A stretch of 64,000 bases of DNA from contig CALZOG010000001.1 in the NCBI GenBank assembly GCA_945827635.1, positions 2,567 to 66,566 on the forward strand, written 5' to 3'. The number at the start of each line of letters is the position of its first letter. Position 1 is the first letter of the stretch. Below the pieces are notes generated by a model. The model saw only the letters and a list, made by a program, of their open reading frames with translations, was not told where the DNA came from and made no database searches. The DNA comes from an uncultured Bacteroidales bacterium (GTDB taxonomy: Bacteria; Bacteroidota; Bacteroidia; Bacteroidales; Paludibacteraceae). The position numbers and the translations under genes were made by a program. This document shows, piece by piece, positions 56,044 to 64,000 of this stretch.

Positions 56044-59000
56044 CTATACATCCATCCTCCCGTGGCACTGCTTGTACTTCTTGCCACTACCGCAGGGGCA
56101 TGGATCGTTCGGACGCGGTTTCTTATCCACGTGCAACGGCATCGGTCGTTGCTGTTCGCGTGTGTCACGTCCGGCTGCTGCGGCCTGCCCGCTGCGTTGT
56201 GCGGCCTGCTCGGCTGCGTCCTTCTGCGTGCGGTAACGGCTGTAATCCTGGCGTTGCGGAGCCTGACCCTGACGTACGTTCTCCGGCGCCTCGGTGCGGA
56301 TCTGTCCGCGCAGCAGGATGGCTATGGCGCGACGGTTGAAGTTGTCGAGCATACCTCGGAAGATATTGAACGACTCAAGTTTGTAGATCAAGAGCGGGTC
56401 TTTCTGCTCGTAGCTGGCGTTTTGTACGCTGCGCTTGAGGTCGTCTAGGGCGCGCAGGTGCTCCTTCCACTCATCGTCAATCACGTAGAGCAGGGTACGC
56501 TTCTCAAACTCGCGGATTACCTCCTTGCTGTCGGTCTCGGCAGCACGCTTCAGGTTGCAGCTTACGTTATATACGTGGCGGCCGTCAGTGATCGGTACAA
56601 GAATGTTCTCGTACATCTGTCCTTTGGTCTCATATACCTGCTTGATTACGGGGTTGGCTATCTGAGCCAGGCGATCCATCTTGCGCTTGAACATGTCGAG
56701 TGCAGCCTGCGCCAGTTCCTCGGCAAGTACTGCCTCCTTCTTGCTGCGGAACGTATCTTCATCGAACGGTGCTTCCATAGCAAATACCTGCAGCACGTCG
56801 TCCTTGAATCCTTCATAGTCGAGCATCGGGCGGAAGTTGGCTACAACGGCCTCGGCGGTGTCGTAGATCATGTTCGTTATATCCACACCGATACGCTCAC
56901 CCATCAAGGCGTGGCGGCGCTTGGCATAGATCACGTTTCGCTGCTGGTTCATTACGTCGTCGTACTCAATCAGGCGCTTACGGATACCGAAGTTGTTCTC
57001 CTCAACTTTCTTCTGCGCATTCTCGATCGACTTGCTGACCATTGAATGTTCAATCATCTCGCCCTCCTGCATACCCAGTCTGTCCATCACAGCGGCTATA
57101 CGCTCCGAGCCGAACATACGCATCAGGTCGTCCTCCAGACTGACAAAGAATACCGAACTACCCGGGTCTCCCTGACGTCCGGCACGACCGCGCAACTGGC
57201 GATCGACACGGCGGCTCTCGTGGCGCTCAGTGCCTACAATTGCCAAACCGCCGGCTTCTTTCACCTCAGGTGTAAGTTTGATATCCGTACCACGACCTGC
57301 CATGTTCGTGGCAATCGTTACCACGCCCTTTCGCCCGGCTTCGGCTACTACCATAGCCTCTTGCTGGTGCAACTTGGCATTCAGCACGTTGTGCGGGATC
57401 TTTCTGAGCGACAGCATGCGCGACAGCAGCTCGCTTATCTCCACGCTGGTTGTACCTACCAGCACCGGTCGGCCTTGTGCCACCAGAGCGGTTATCTCGT
57501 CAATCACGGCGTTGTACTTCTCGCGTTTGGTCTTGTAGATGCGGTCGTTCATATCCAGACGGGCAATAGGTTTGTTCGTCGGGATAACCACTACATCCAG
57601 CTTGTAAATGTTCCAGAACTCGCCTGCCTCTGTCTCGGCTGTACCGGTCATACCGGCGAGCTTGGTGTACATACGGAAGTAGTTCTGCAGAGTAATCGTT
57701 GCAAACGTCTGCGTAGCAGCCTCTACCTTCACGTTTTCCTTGGCTTCCACAGCCTGGTGCAGACCGTCACTCCAGCGGCGGCCTTCCATGATACGGCCGG
57801 TCTGCTCGTCAACGATCTTTACCTCGTTGTTGTCGATGATATAATCAACATCTTTCTCAAACAGCGTGTAGGCTTTCAGCAGCTGGTTGACCGTGTGTAC
57901 GCGCTCGGATTTGATACTGTAGTTGGTCAGAATAGCATCTTTCTTTGACTGCTTTTCTTCTGGCGTGAGCGTCTCGTGCTCCAGTTCCGCCATTTCCGAA
58001 CCTACGTCTGGCAGCACGAAGAACAGCGGATCGTCCATGTTGCCTGTCAGAGTGTCTATACCTTTGTCGGTCAGTTCAATGGTCTTGTTCTTCTCGTCAA
58101 TCACGAAGTACAGTACGTCGGTTGCGACATGCATGTTCTTTTCATTCTCCTGCAGGTAGAACTCTTCGGTCTTTTGCAGGCGGACTTTCACGCCCTGCTC
58201 GCTCAGGTACTTGATCAGTGCTTTGTTCTTAGGCATACCTTTGAACGAGCGGAACAGTGCCAACTCGCCTTCCTCGCGCACCTTCTCGTCGGTCGAGCCC
58301 ATCTTCTGCTTGGCTTCGGTCAGCAGTTGGGTGGTGAGTTGTGTCTGGGTGCGCACGAGCAGTTCCACGCGGTGCTTGTATTCGTCGAACATCTGGTCGT
58401 CGCCCTTCGGTACAGGACCGCTGATGATCAACGGCGTACGGGCGTCGTCTATCAATACGGAGTCCACCTCGTCCACAATCGCGAAGTTATGTCCGCGCTG
58501 CACGAGGTCCATCGGGCTGGTAGCCATATTGTCGCGCAGGTAATCGAAGCCGAACTCGTTGTTCGTACCGAAGGTTATATCGCAGGCGTAAGCCTGCCGG
58601 CGGGCGTCGCTGTTGGGCTTGTGCTTGTCGATGCAATCAACGGTCAAACCGTGGAACATGTACAGCGGGCCCATCCACTCCGAGTCACGTTTGGCGAGGT
58701 AGTCGTTCACGGTTACAACGTGTACGCCCTCGTGCGTCAGCGCGTTCAGGAACACGGGTAGGGTGGCTACTAAGGTTTTTCCTTCACCCGTTGCCATCTC
58801 GGCTATCTTGCCCTGATGCAGTACCACACCACCGAACAGCTGTACATCGTAGTGAACCATATCCCATGTCACCTCGTTGCCGCCTGCCATCCAGTGATTG
58901 TGATAGATGGCTTTCTCGCCGTCTATCTCAATGAAGTCGTAACGCGCATCGGCTGCCATGTCGCGGTCGCGCTGGGTGGCGGTCACTTCTATCGACTCGC

Positions 59001-59370
59001 TCTCTGCAAAACGACGTGCGGTGGATTTAACTATGGCAAACGCCTCCGGCAGCACCTCCATCAGAACGACTTTGTACTGCTCCTTGATCTCTTTCTCCAG
59101 ATCGTCAATCTGCTGATAGACCTTTTCGCGTTTGTCTATCTCCAGTGCCTCTATCGAGGCGCGCAGCTCGGCAATCTTTGTTTTCTTGGGGGCTACGGTC
59201 GCGGCAATCTTTTCCATCAACGCTTGTGAACGGGCGCGGAGCGCATCGTTGCTCAGCGCGTCAATCTCAGGATAGACTGCTTTGACCTGATCTACGTACG
59301 GCTGTATCTCGCGCATATCTTTCTGCGCTTTGTTGCCGAATAGTTTGGTGATAAATTCGATTATATTCAT
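56044..59370 (-). CDS. secA: preprotein translocase subunit SecA
   Basis: Starts [26 protein letters not shown]-like motor motifs. C-terminal zinc-binding [14 protein letters not shown]. Start trimmed to the ATG at 59370. Confidence 0.97.
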   Translation of the reverse strand: MNIIEFITKLFGNKAQKDMREIQPYVDQVKAVYPEIDALSNDALRARSQALMEKIAATVAPKKTKIAELRASIEALEIDKREKVYQQIDDLEKEIKEQYKVVLMEVLPEAFAIVKSTARRFAESESIEVTATQRDRDMAADARYDFIEIDGEKAIYHNHWMAGGNEVTWDMVHYDVQLFGGVVLHQGKIAEMATGEGKTLVATLPVFLNALTHEGVHVVTVNDYLAKRDSEWMGPLYMFHGLTVDCIDKHKPNSDARRQAYACDITFGTNNEFGFDYLRDNMATSPMDLVQRGHNFAIVDEVDSVLIDDARTPLIISGPVPKGDDQMFDEYKHRVELLVRTQTQLTTQLLTEAKQKMGSTDEKVREEGELALFRSFKGMPKNKALIKYLSEQGVKVRLQKTEEFYLQENEKNMHVATDVLYFVIDEKNKTIELTDKGIDTLTGNMDDPLFFVLPDVGSEMAELEHETLTPEEKQSKKDAILTNYSIKSERVHTVNQLLKAYTLFEKDVDYIIDNNEVKIVDEQTGRIMEGRRWSDGLHQAVEAKENVKVEAATQTFATITLQNYFRMYTKLAGMTGTAETEAGEFWNIYKLDVVVIPTNKPIARLDMNDRIYKTKREKYNAVIDEITALVAQGRPVLVGTTSVEISELLSRMLSLRKIPHNVLNAKLHQQEAMVVAEAGRKGVVTIATNMAGRGTDIKLTPEVKEAGGLAIVGTERHESRRVDRQLRGRAGRQGDPGSSVFFVSLEDDLMRMFGSERIAAVMDRLGMQEGEMIEHSMVSKSIENAQKKVEENNFGIRKRLIEYDDVMNQQRNVIYAKRRHALMGERIGVDITNMIYDTAEAVVANFRPMLDYEGFKDDVLQVFAMEAPFDEDTFRSKKEAVLAEELAQAALDMFKRKMDRLAQIANPVIKQVYETKGQMYENILVPITDGRHVYNVSCNLKRAAETDSKEVIREFEKRTLLYVIDDEWKEHLRALDDLKRSVQNASYEQKDPLLIYKLESFNIFRGMLDNFNRRAIAILLRGQIRTEAPENVRQGQAPQRQDYSRYRTQKDAAEQAAQRSGQAAAAGRDTREQQRPMPLHVDKKPRPNDPCPCGSGKKYKQCHGRMDV

Positions 59371-59402
59371 AGTGATTGTTGTGTTTGCGCATAAAAAGCA
59401 TA

Positions 59403-59410
59403 CAAAGATA
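59403..59410 (-). promoter_or_regulatory. -7 promoter box (TATCTTTG) for secA
   Basis: TAnnTTTG on the minus strand, 33 nt upstream of the secA ATG. Confidence 0.55.
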
Positions 59411-59473
59411 CAAAATTTTTCTGAATAATGCAAATTTTTCGAATGATTGTTTGCATATTTGCAAGAATTATTG

Positions 59474-59481
59474 TATCTTTG
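59474..59481 (+). promoter_or_regulatory. -7 promoter box (TATCTTTG) for the CDF transporter gene
   Basis: TAnnTTTG, 82 nt upstream of the ATG at 59563. Divergent partner of the secA promoter, with TTTGCATATTTGCAAG upstream. Confidence 0.55.
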
Positions 59482-59562
59482 TAATCAGTTTCGGCAAGAA
59501 TGTGTCGCAAATGGCGGCTTTCTGCCTGATCTGATACATCAATTGTCCATCCGTCACTCGTC

Positions 59563-60456
59563 ATGAACAGAGAAAAAGAGATCTATCGCATCACCCTGTG
59601 GGGCAGCGTGGTGAATATCAGTCTTACGGCGTTCAAGTTTGTAGCCGGTATCTTGGGCTGCTCGGCAGCAATGATTGCTGATGCGGTGCATTCGCTCAGC
59701 GACTTGCTGACCGATGTTGTCGTATTGCTGTTTGTTCGCATCAGCAGCCGTCCGGCGGACAGCGACCACCCGTATGGTCATGGCAAGTACGAGACGCTGG
59801 CTTCCGCCATCGTGGCTATTGCGCTGCTGGTAGCCGGCGGAGTGCTGGCGGGGCAGGGCGTGTGCAAGATCGTTGCCGTTGTGCGTGGCGGACATTTGGA
59901 TGTACCCGGCAGCATAGCCCTGTGGGCGGCACTGCTCAGTGTGGCGGCTAAGGAGCTGATTTATCGCTTTACTATCCGCGTGAGCCGCAAGGTCGATTCG
60001 CCTGTGTTGGCTGCCAACGCCTGGCACCACCGCACGGACGCACTATCATCGGTGGCTGCGGCTGTAGGTATAGGCGCCGCGCTGCTGTTCGGAGGCACGT
60101 GGGCGATACTCGATCCGATAGCAGCCGTGCTGGTGAGCGTGTTTATCCTGATCACTGCCGCACAGATGCTGCATCGCGCACTGCAGGAACTGCTGGAGCA
60201 GAGTCTGCCTGCGGATATGGAGCAGCAGATTCGCGAGATTGTGGCAGCCGACAACGAGTTGACCGGACTCCACCACCTGCGTACAAGGCGTGTGGGCAGC
60301 GTGTGCTCCATTGAGATGCACTTGCGTATGCCGGGCGATACCTCTTTGTACGAAGCGCACCGCCACAGCATGGAGCTGGAGCGGCGCCTTCGTGAGCGGT
60401 TCGGACAGGGTACGCTTATCACCATTCACCTTGAACCATTAAAGGATTCTCGTTGA
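59563..60456 (+). CDS. cation diffusion facilitator family transporter
   Basis: Six TM helices with HSLSDLLTD and HHRTDALSS metal-site motifs, plus a C-terminal cytoplasmic domain. Confidence 0.9.
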   Translation: MNREKEIYRITLWGSVVNISLTAFKFVAGILGCSAAMIADAVHSLSDLLTDVVVLLFVRISSRPADSDHPYGHGKYETLASAIVAIALLVAGGVLAGQGVCKIVAVVRGGHLDVPGSIALWAALLSVAAKELIYRFTIRVSRKVDSPVLAANAWHHRTDALSSVAAAVGIGAALLFGGTWAILDPIAAVLVSVFILITAAQMLHRALQELLEQSLPADMEQQIREIVAADNELTGLHHLRTRRVGSVCSIEMHLRMPGDTSLYEAHRHSMELERRLRERFGQGTLITIHLEPLKDSR

Positions 60457-60568
60457 TTTAGAATTGCAAGTTTCAAATGTCTTATCCAGCTTTGCTCGAA
60501 CGATTACTACTCGTCGCCAGTACAATGATCGTCGTAAGTTCTTATTTACATGTAATAAGTATAAGGTT

Positions 60569-60985
60569 TCAAGTTCCCGATTTCCGCAATCTTCGTCGGC
60601 AGCGCACCAAGGTGTAGCCAATAGCGAGGATGAGAAGGCAACCGATAGAGTCGCCTACGGGAGTGGGGTTAGGTATCACGCCGGTTCCGCCTCCGGGGCG
60701 GTTCAGACGATTGATGGGTTGTTCTGCACCGATGGTGGCGTATTGGTAGGGTGTCGGTGCCACCCCTGCTCGGTCGCATTGGCTGAGGTACATGTCCGCT
60801 GTGAGGAAGCTTTCCTCCTGCCTCCCCGCAATGCTTGCGCCCTCATGGCTACCATAGTACCCTATCGGCGTAATATCCCTGCCCATCACATCGTACATGC
60901 GCGGGGTGGAAACCGCCATGCCGCCGCTGCGATAGGCAGAGGTAGAGGAAAAAACAGAGGGCGTTATTGAAGCATCACTTTGCAT
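60569..60985 (-). CDS. small hypothetical protein with a C-terminal transmembrane anchor
   Basis: 138 aa from the ATG at 60985 (MQSDASI...). Ends ...NPTPVGDSIGCLLILAIGYTLVRCRRRLRKSGT. Overlaps the last 22 nt of the upstream T9SS cargo gene in another frame. No homology recognised. The listed 180-aa version would overlap that gene by about 150 nt. Confidence 0.4.
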   Translation of the reverse strand: MQSDASITPSVFSSTSAYRSGGMAVSTPRMYDVMGRDITPIGYYGSHEGASIAGRQEESFLTADMYLSQCDRAGVAPTPYQYATIGAEQPINRLNRPGGGTGVIPNPTPVGDSIGCLLILAIGYTLVRCRRRLRKSGT

Positions 60986-63900
60986 ATACGAACTCCTTTC
61001 GTGGTGGTGATATCTATGAGGTATGCTCCTGCCGGCAGCGGTAGGGTAGCGGTATGCGCGTTCTTGACAAGCAGGGATTGAACCATGCGCCCCGCGAGGT
61101 CGTAGGCGCACACTTGCTGCATGGGGTAGTTGCAGAGCAGGCTCACTGCTTGGTTACCGTATATGAGTTGCACCTCTATGTCCGTTCCCGCTACCTCCCC
61201 ATCGTTCGTATCGGTGGGCACATTCGGCTCTGTGGGGCGTTCGTCACTCTCTTCCTGCGAGAGGAGGTAGTAGCGCAAGGTGTTGGCTTGCGGGGTCTCA
61301 ATGTCAATAAACATACCGTCGTGGAGCAGGGTGGAGGTGTGGTGGAGCGTGTCGCAGAGATAGACGGGTGCAGCAAGCTGTCCCGTGATGTTCACTTGCA
61401 GGCGCGTGGTCTGCTCGGGCGTGTAGCCGTTGCCGTATTGGAATAGCAGGGGCAGGCAGGTGAGTTGTTGTCGCATGTCCACCGAGAGGGCATGCTGACG
61501 GTCAAGGACGTATAGGTTCAGCGGCGTGGTGAAATAGCCGTTGTCCTCCGTGCCGGCGTTGGACGCCATGAGCAGCAGGTCTTCCCCGTCCACTACCTCG
61601 TTGGATGCCATCGTGTGCTCGCCGATGCGCACGGTGGAGCGGTAGGTGCCTTCGTAGCGGAAGGGCGTGGAGGCGGTGAGGGTGAGCAGTGCACTCGCTT
61701 GACTCCGTGCTTGCACGCGCGCGGGGTTGCCGCTCGGAGCAGCTGCGCTCTGAGAAGGCTGAATGGTGAGCATGTCGGCGGATAGCGTAATGGTAAGTTC
61801 CCCCTTCGCGGCTCTATCGGCAGTCCTGACCATCACGCCTTCGGTGGGGGCAAGGAAATAGTTCTGCTTTTCTGTGGGCGTGAGCATACCATAACCCTCG
61901 AGCGTGGTGCTGAGCGGGCTCCATGCGTCGCCGTTCTTGTAGTAGAAAGTACCGCTTAGACTGCTGTTTTCGGCTAATAGTTTCCGCATGTCGATATATG
62001 CCATGGTCGGATTGCCGAAAGCGAAGTACTCAGATGCGGTTACGTTGGTCAGGGTAATCTGCATTGTGCCATTCGCTTCAGGGGTAAAAGCTAACTTACC
62101 GATGTTCGCCATATTGCGCGGGATGTTCTCGTAGTAGGGCGATTGGGTGCCGTTCTCGTAGTAGTAATAGTAGGCATTGTCGGGTCTCGGCAGTCGGATA
62201 GTCGCCTCTGTTGCCGAATCATCTCCGCGCCAAAGCATCATAGAGAAGGCTTGTCCCGTCTTGAGCGGCTCTGCCAAGGTGTTGAGCACGTTGCTCCAAC
62301 CCGTGGATGCCACCGTCGCTTCGGGGGTGTTGAATGTGCCGCTATCGGGGTTGAAAATCTCGTAACTGCGGCTGTAGGTGGAGATATACGAGGTGTTGTA
62401 CGCGCGGTTGGTCTCGCCCGATTTGGGCGCAAAGGGCTGCGAGTCGGAGCCGTCGATGTAAAATGCCATATCGCCGGAGAAGGTCTCTTGGATGGGCGTG
62501 GAGACGATATACCATTGTTGGGCAGTGAGCGTGATATCGGCAATGGCTTTTTGGTATTCCAACAACTGCTGTTGCCCGAGTTTCGCGCCCGATTGGAAGT
62601 AGATAGAGTTGCAGGTAGCCGCTTGGTAGAAAAGGTCGTAGTGGTTGATGCTGTCCGGCGTGGTAGAGATGATAGGGTAGAGCGAGTCGTGGGGAAGCGC
62701 AGGGATGATTACGTTGCTGTGCGATTGCGGCACCATGCCTTTCGCACCATTGACCGGATTGCCCATGGCATCTACCGCCGTCCAGTTGGCATCGTCTTGC
62801 CAGCGGTTTTGACTATTGCGCTGCGGGGTCCACAGCAGGTGGTCAGGCGTGATAGCGAGCGTGAAGTAAGAGGTACCTACGGGACAGGTGTTCGCCGAGT
62901 CAGAGGAAGTTCCTTTGAGCGATGTCAAAGGAATGCGGAAGGTATATTCATAGCCGGCACGCGGCGTGAAGAGGGTCTTCCCTTCGGGGCAGAGGGCTGC
63001 CGCCACGGGGGTCAGATAGCAGGTGTCGTCCGTCTCCTTGTAGTAGGGCACCGTAGCACCTCCCGAGAAGTCGTATTTCTTGTCCGGCTCGTAGGCAAAC
63101 CAGTGCTTGTCGGGGTGGAAATTGGGGTCGGTGGACGAGGCAAGCGCGATCGTATCAGGCAGGATCACCCCTTTGCGCTCGTGCATGGGCAGTGCTATCG
63201 TTTGCGTGAGGGCTTGCCCCTGACCCAAACGGATGCGTGTGGGCTTGTCGAGCAGTTGCTCCGGCAGTTGGTCGGATGGGGTCTTGCCGATGCTTAATGT
63301 ATGTTCGGGGGCTTCCGGGGCGGTGATGTTCACGATAGAATGGGTATAGCACATGTCTATCGGGTTGCCGTTCTCATCGTACACGCTCCCCACAATGGGC
63401 ATCACCGCATAGCGTATACGGTTGCCCGGGCGGAGGTAGATGCTCGTGTTCAGGTTGCCCAAAAGCAACTCGCCGCTCATGCAGAGGTCGTAGATAATCT
63501 GGTAATCTTTCTTGTCAGCGAATTGGTTAATGTCTATGGCTGCCAGCTCGGTTACGAAGCGGTTGGGGTTGCTCTCGCTTTCGCGTCGGAGGTCATAGAC
63601 GAGGGCATCTTCTATCTCTTGGAAGAAGTATCCGTGTCCGGCAATGCTGTCGGGGTGCAGGGCTTTGGAGCGCCATGTATGCAAGTCGAAGTTGTCTTCT
63701 TCGGTTGCGTCGCCGTTGGTCAGCAGCAGCCAGTCGTTCATCGCCTTACCGGTGTGGGTAACGGGATTGCCGGTGGCGGGGTCGATCGCCACCATGTTCA
63801 CATTGACCGAGAGGTTGAACTCTTCGTTTCCGCAGGTAGTAGGTTCGAAGTTGGCTAACGGATCGCCGTCAATCGCCAGCTGGAAGGCATTGCTGACAAG

Positions 63901-64000
63901 GAGAGGTGAACGTAGTGCGCAGATGGTGCTACTCAGGTCCTCTGCGCCGTATGCTCCCCGCACCTCGTAGTTTTGTGCCGCGGTCATCTCCGCCTCGTGT
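60964..64000 (-). CDS. large T9SS-secreted protein of unknown function (3' part; 5' end outside window)
   Basis: The frame is open to the window edge beyond the listed Met at 63987, and there is no signal peptide at that Met. The C-terminal ~70 aa match T9SS type-A CTD features (...CAYDLAGRMVQSL...LPLPAGAYLIDITTTKGVRICKVMLQ). Confidence 0.8.
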   Translation of the reverse strand, partial: HEAEMTAAQNYEVRGAYGAEDLSSTICALRSPLLVSNAFQLAIDGDPLANFEPTTCGNEEFNLSVNVNMVAIDPATGNPVTHTGKAMNDWLLLTNGDATEEDNFDLHTWRSKALHPDSIAGHGYFFQEIEDALVYDLRRESESNPNRFVTELAAIDINQFADKKDYQIIYDLCMSGELLLGNLNTSIYLRPGNRIRYAVMPIVGSVYDENGNPIDMCYTHSIVNITAPEAPEHTLSIGKTPSDQLPEQLLDKPTRIRLGQGQALTQTIALPMHERKGVILPDTIALASSTDPNFHPDKHWFAYEPDKKYDFSGGATVPYYKETDDTCYLTPVAAALCPEGKTLFTPRAGYEYTFRIPLTSLKGTSSDSANTCPVGTSYFTLAITPDHLLWTPQRNSQNRWQDDANWTAVDAMGNPVNGAKGMVPQSHSNVIIPALPHDSLYPIISTTPDSINHYDLFYQAATCNSIYFQSGAKLGQQQLLEYQKAIADITLTAQQWYIVSTPIQETFSGDMAFYIDGSDSQPFAPKSGETNRAYNTSYISTYSRSYEIFNPDSGTFNTPEATVASTGWSNVLNTLAEPLKTGQAFSMMLWRGDDSATEATIRLPRPDNAYYYYYENGTQSPYYENIPRNMANIGKLAFTPEANGTMQITLTNVTASEYFAFGNPTMAYIDMRKLLAENSSLSGTFYYKNGDAWSPLSTTLEGYGMLTPTEKQNYFLAPTEGVMVRTADRAAKGELTITLSADMLTIQPSQSAAAPSGNPARVQARSQASALLTLTASTPFRYEGTYRSTVRIGEHTMASNEVVDGEDLLLMASNAGTEDNGYFTTPLNLYVLDRQHALSVDMRQQLTCLPLLFQYGNGYTPEQTTRLQVNITGQLAAPVYLCDTLHHTSTLLHDGMFIDIETPQANTLRYYLLSQEESDERPTEPNVPTDTNDGEVAGTDIEVQLIYGNQAVSLLCNYPMQQVCAYDLAGRMVQSLLVKNAHTATLPLPAGAYLIDITTTKGVRICKVMLQ

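Noticed and set aside
57046-58761. 300-aa and 261-aa plus-strand ORFs.
   Set aside because: They are antisense to secA and have His/Leu/Val-rich nonsense composition.
60464-60970. 168-aa plus-strand ORF after the CDF transporter gene.
   Set aside because: It is antisense to the small tail-anchored ORF and has an Arg/Gly/Ala-rich shadow composition. Neither ORF is proven, but the minus-strand one has the more protein-like sequence and a TM segment.
62143-63297. 384-aa plus-strand ORF (with others at 61054-61446 and 63301-63858).
   Set aside because: It is antisense to the T9SS cargo gene. The composition is Arg/Gly/Val-rich, and there is no start context or promoter. These are shadow ORFs.
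1-64000. Search for mobile elements, prophage, defence or toxin-antitoxin modules, or a horizontally acquired island.
   Set aside because: I recognised no integrase, transposase, recombinase, phage structural gene, restriction-modification system, cas gene or TA-like gene pair. tRNA-Glu is not followed by an integrase or by direct repeats. Gene content is housekeeping and cell-envelope throughout.

Overview
The window reads as core chromosome of a Bacteroidales (Bacteroidota) bacterium. Supporting this are a SusC/SusD pair, a T9SS C-terminal sorting domain, type III glutamine synthetase, the DapL/DapF lysine route, lipoprotein signal peptides, and recurrent TAnnTTTG -7 promoter boxes in AT-rich spacers. 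About 55 protein genes are supported.

Gene order:
- EF-G paralog.
- A minus-strand block: glnA(GSIII)-dapF-dapL-glmS.
- An enzyme-less SusC/SusD/lipoprotein locus.
- rmuC-clpX-clpP, then rpsT and tRNA-Glu.
- AraC regulator plus TonB-dependent receptor, then murI.
- dnaN, an exonuclease, an MBL-fold hydrolase, radA, mlaEF.
- Three M6 metalloprotease-related ORFs, then xth and lptB.
- A roughly 17-kb LPS/LOS-core-like cluster in two convergent operons: GT9, LPS kinase, GT2, two GT4, an O-antigen ligase, two LTA-synthase-like proteins, a Kelch lipoprotein, a Wzi-like barrel and a DUF4254-like protein. It is extended by two uncharacterised outer-membrane proteins.
- secA, a CDF transporter, and the 3' part of a large T9SS cargo gene.

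I saw no integrase, transposase, CRISPR array, prophage or recognisable defence or toxin module, so I cannot point to a clear new multi-gene system.

The less ordinary signals are small-scale:
- A dispersed heptanucleotide NCTCAAC repeat family, intergenic at three loci and in-frame inside glmS and a TonB-dependent receptor.
- An orphan promoter-to-terminator unit with no ORF (candidate sRNA or leader).
- Tandem repeats in the murI leader (3 x 22-23 bp) and upstream of dnaN (5 x 11 bp).
- An M6 protease gene split by a single in-frame stop, with both halves carrying signal peptides.
- Two unknown outer-membrane barrels embedded in the LPS-core operon.
- A small tail-anchored ORF with a sorting-signal-like C-terminus after the T9SS cargo gene.

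All functional calls rest on motif recognition by eye. No searches were run.
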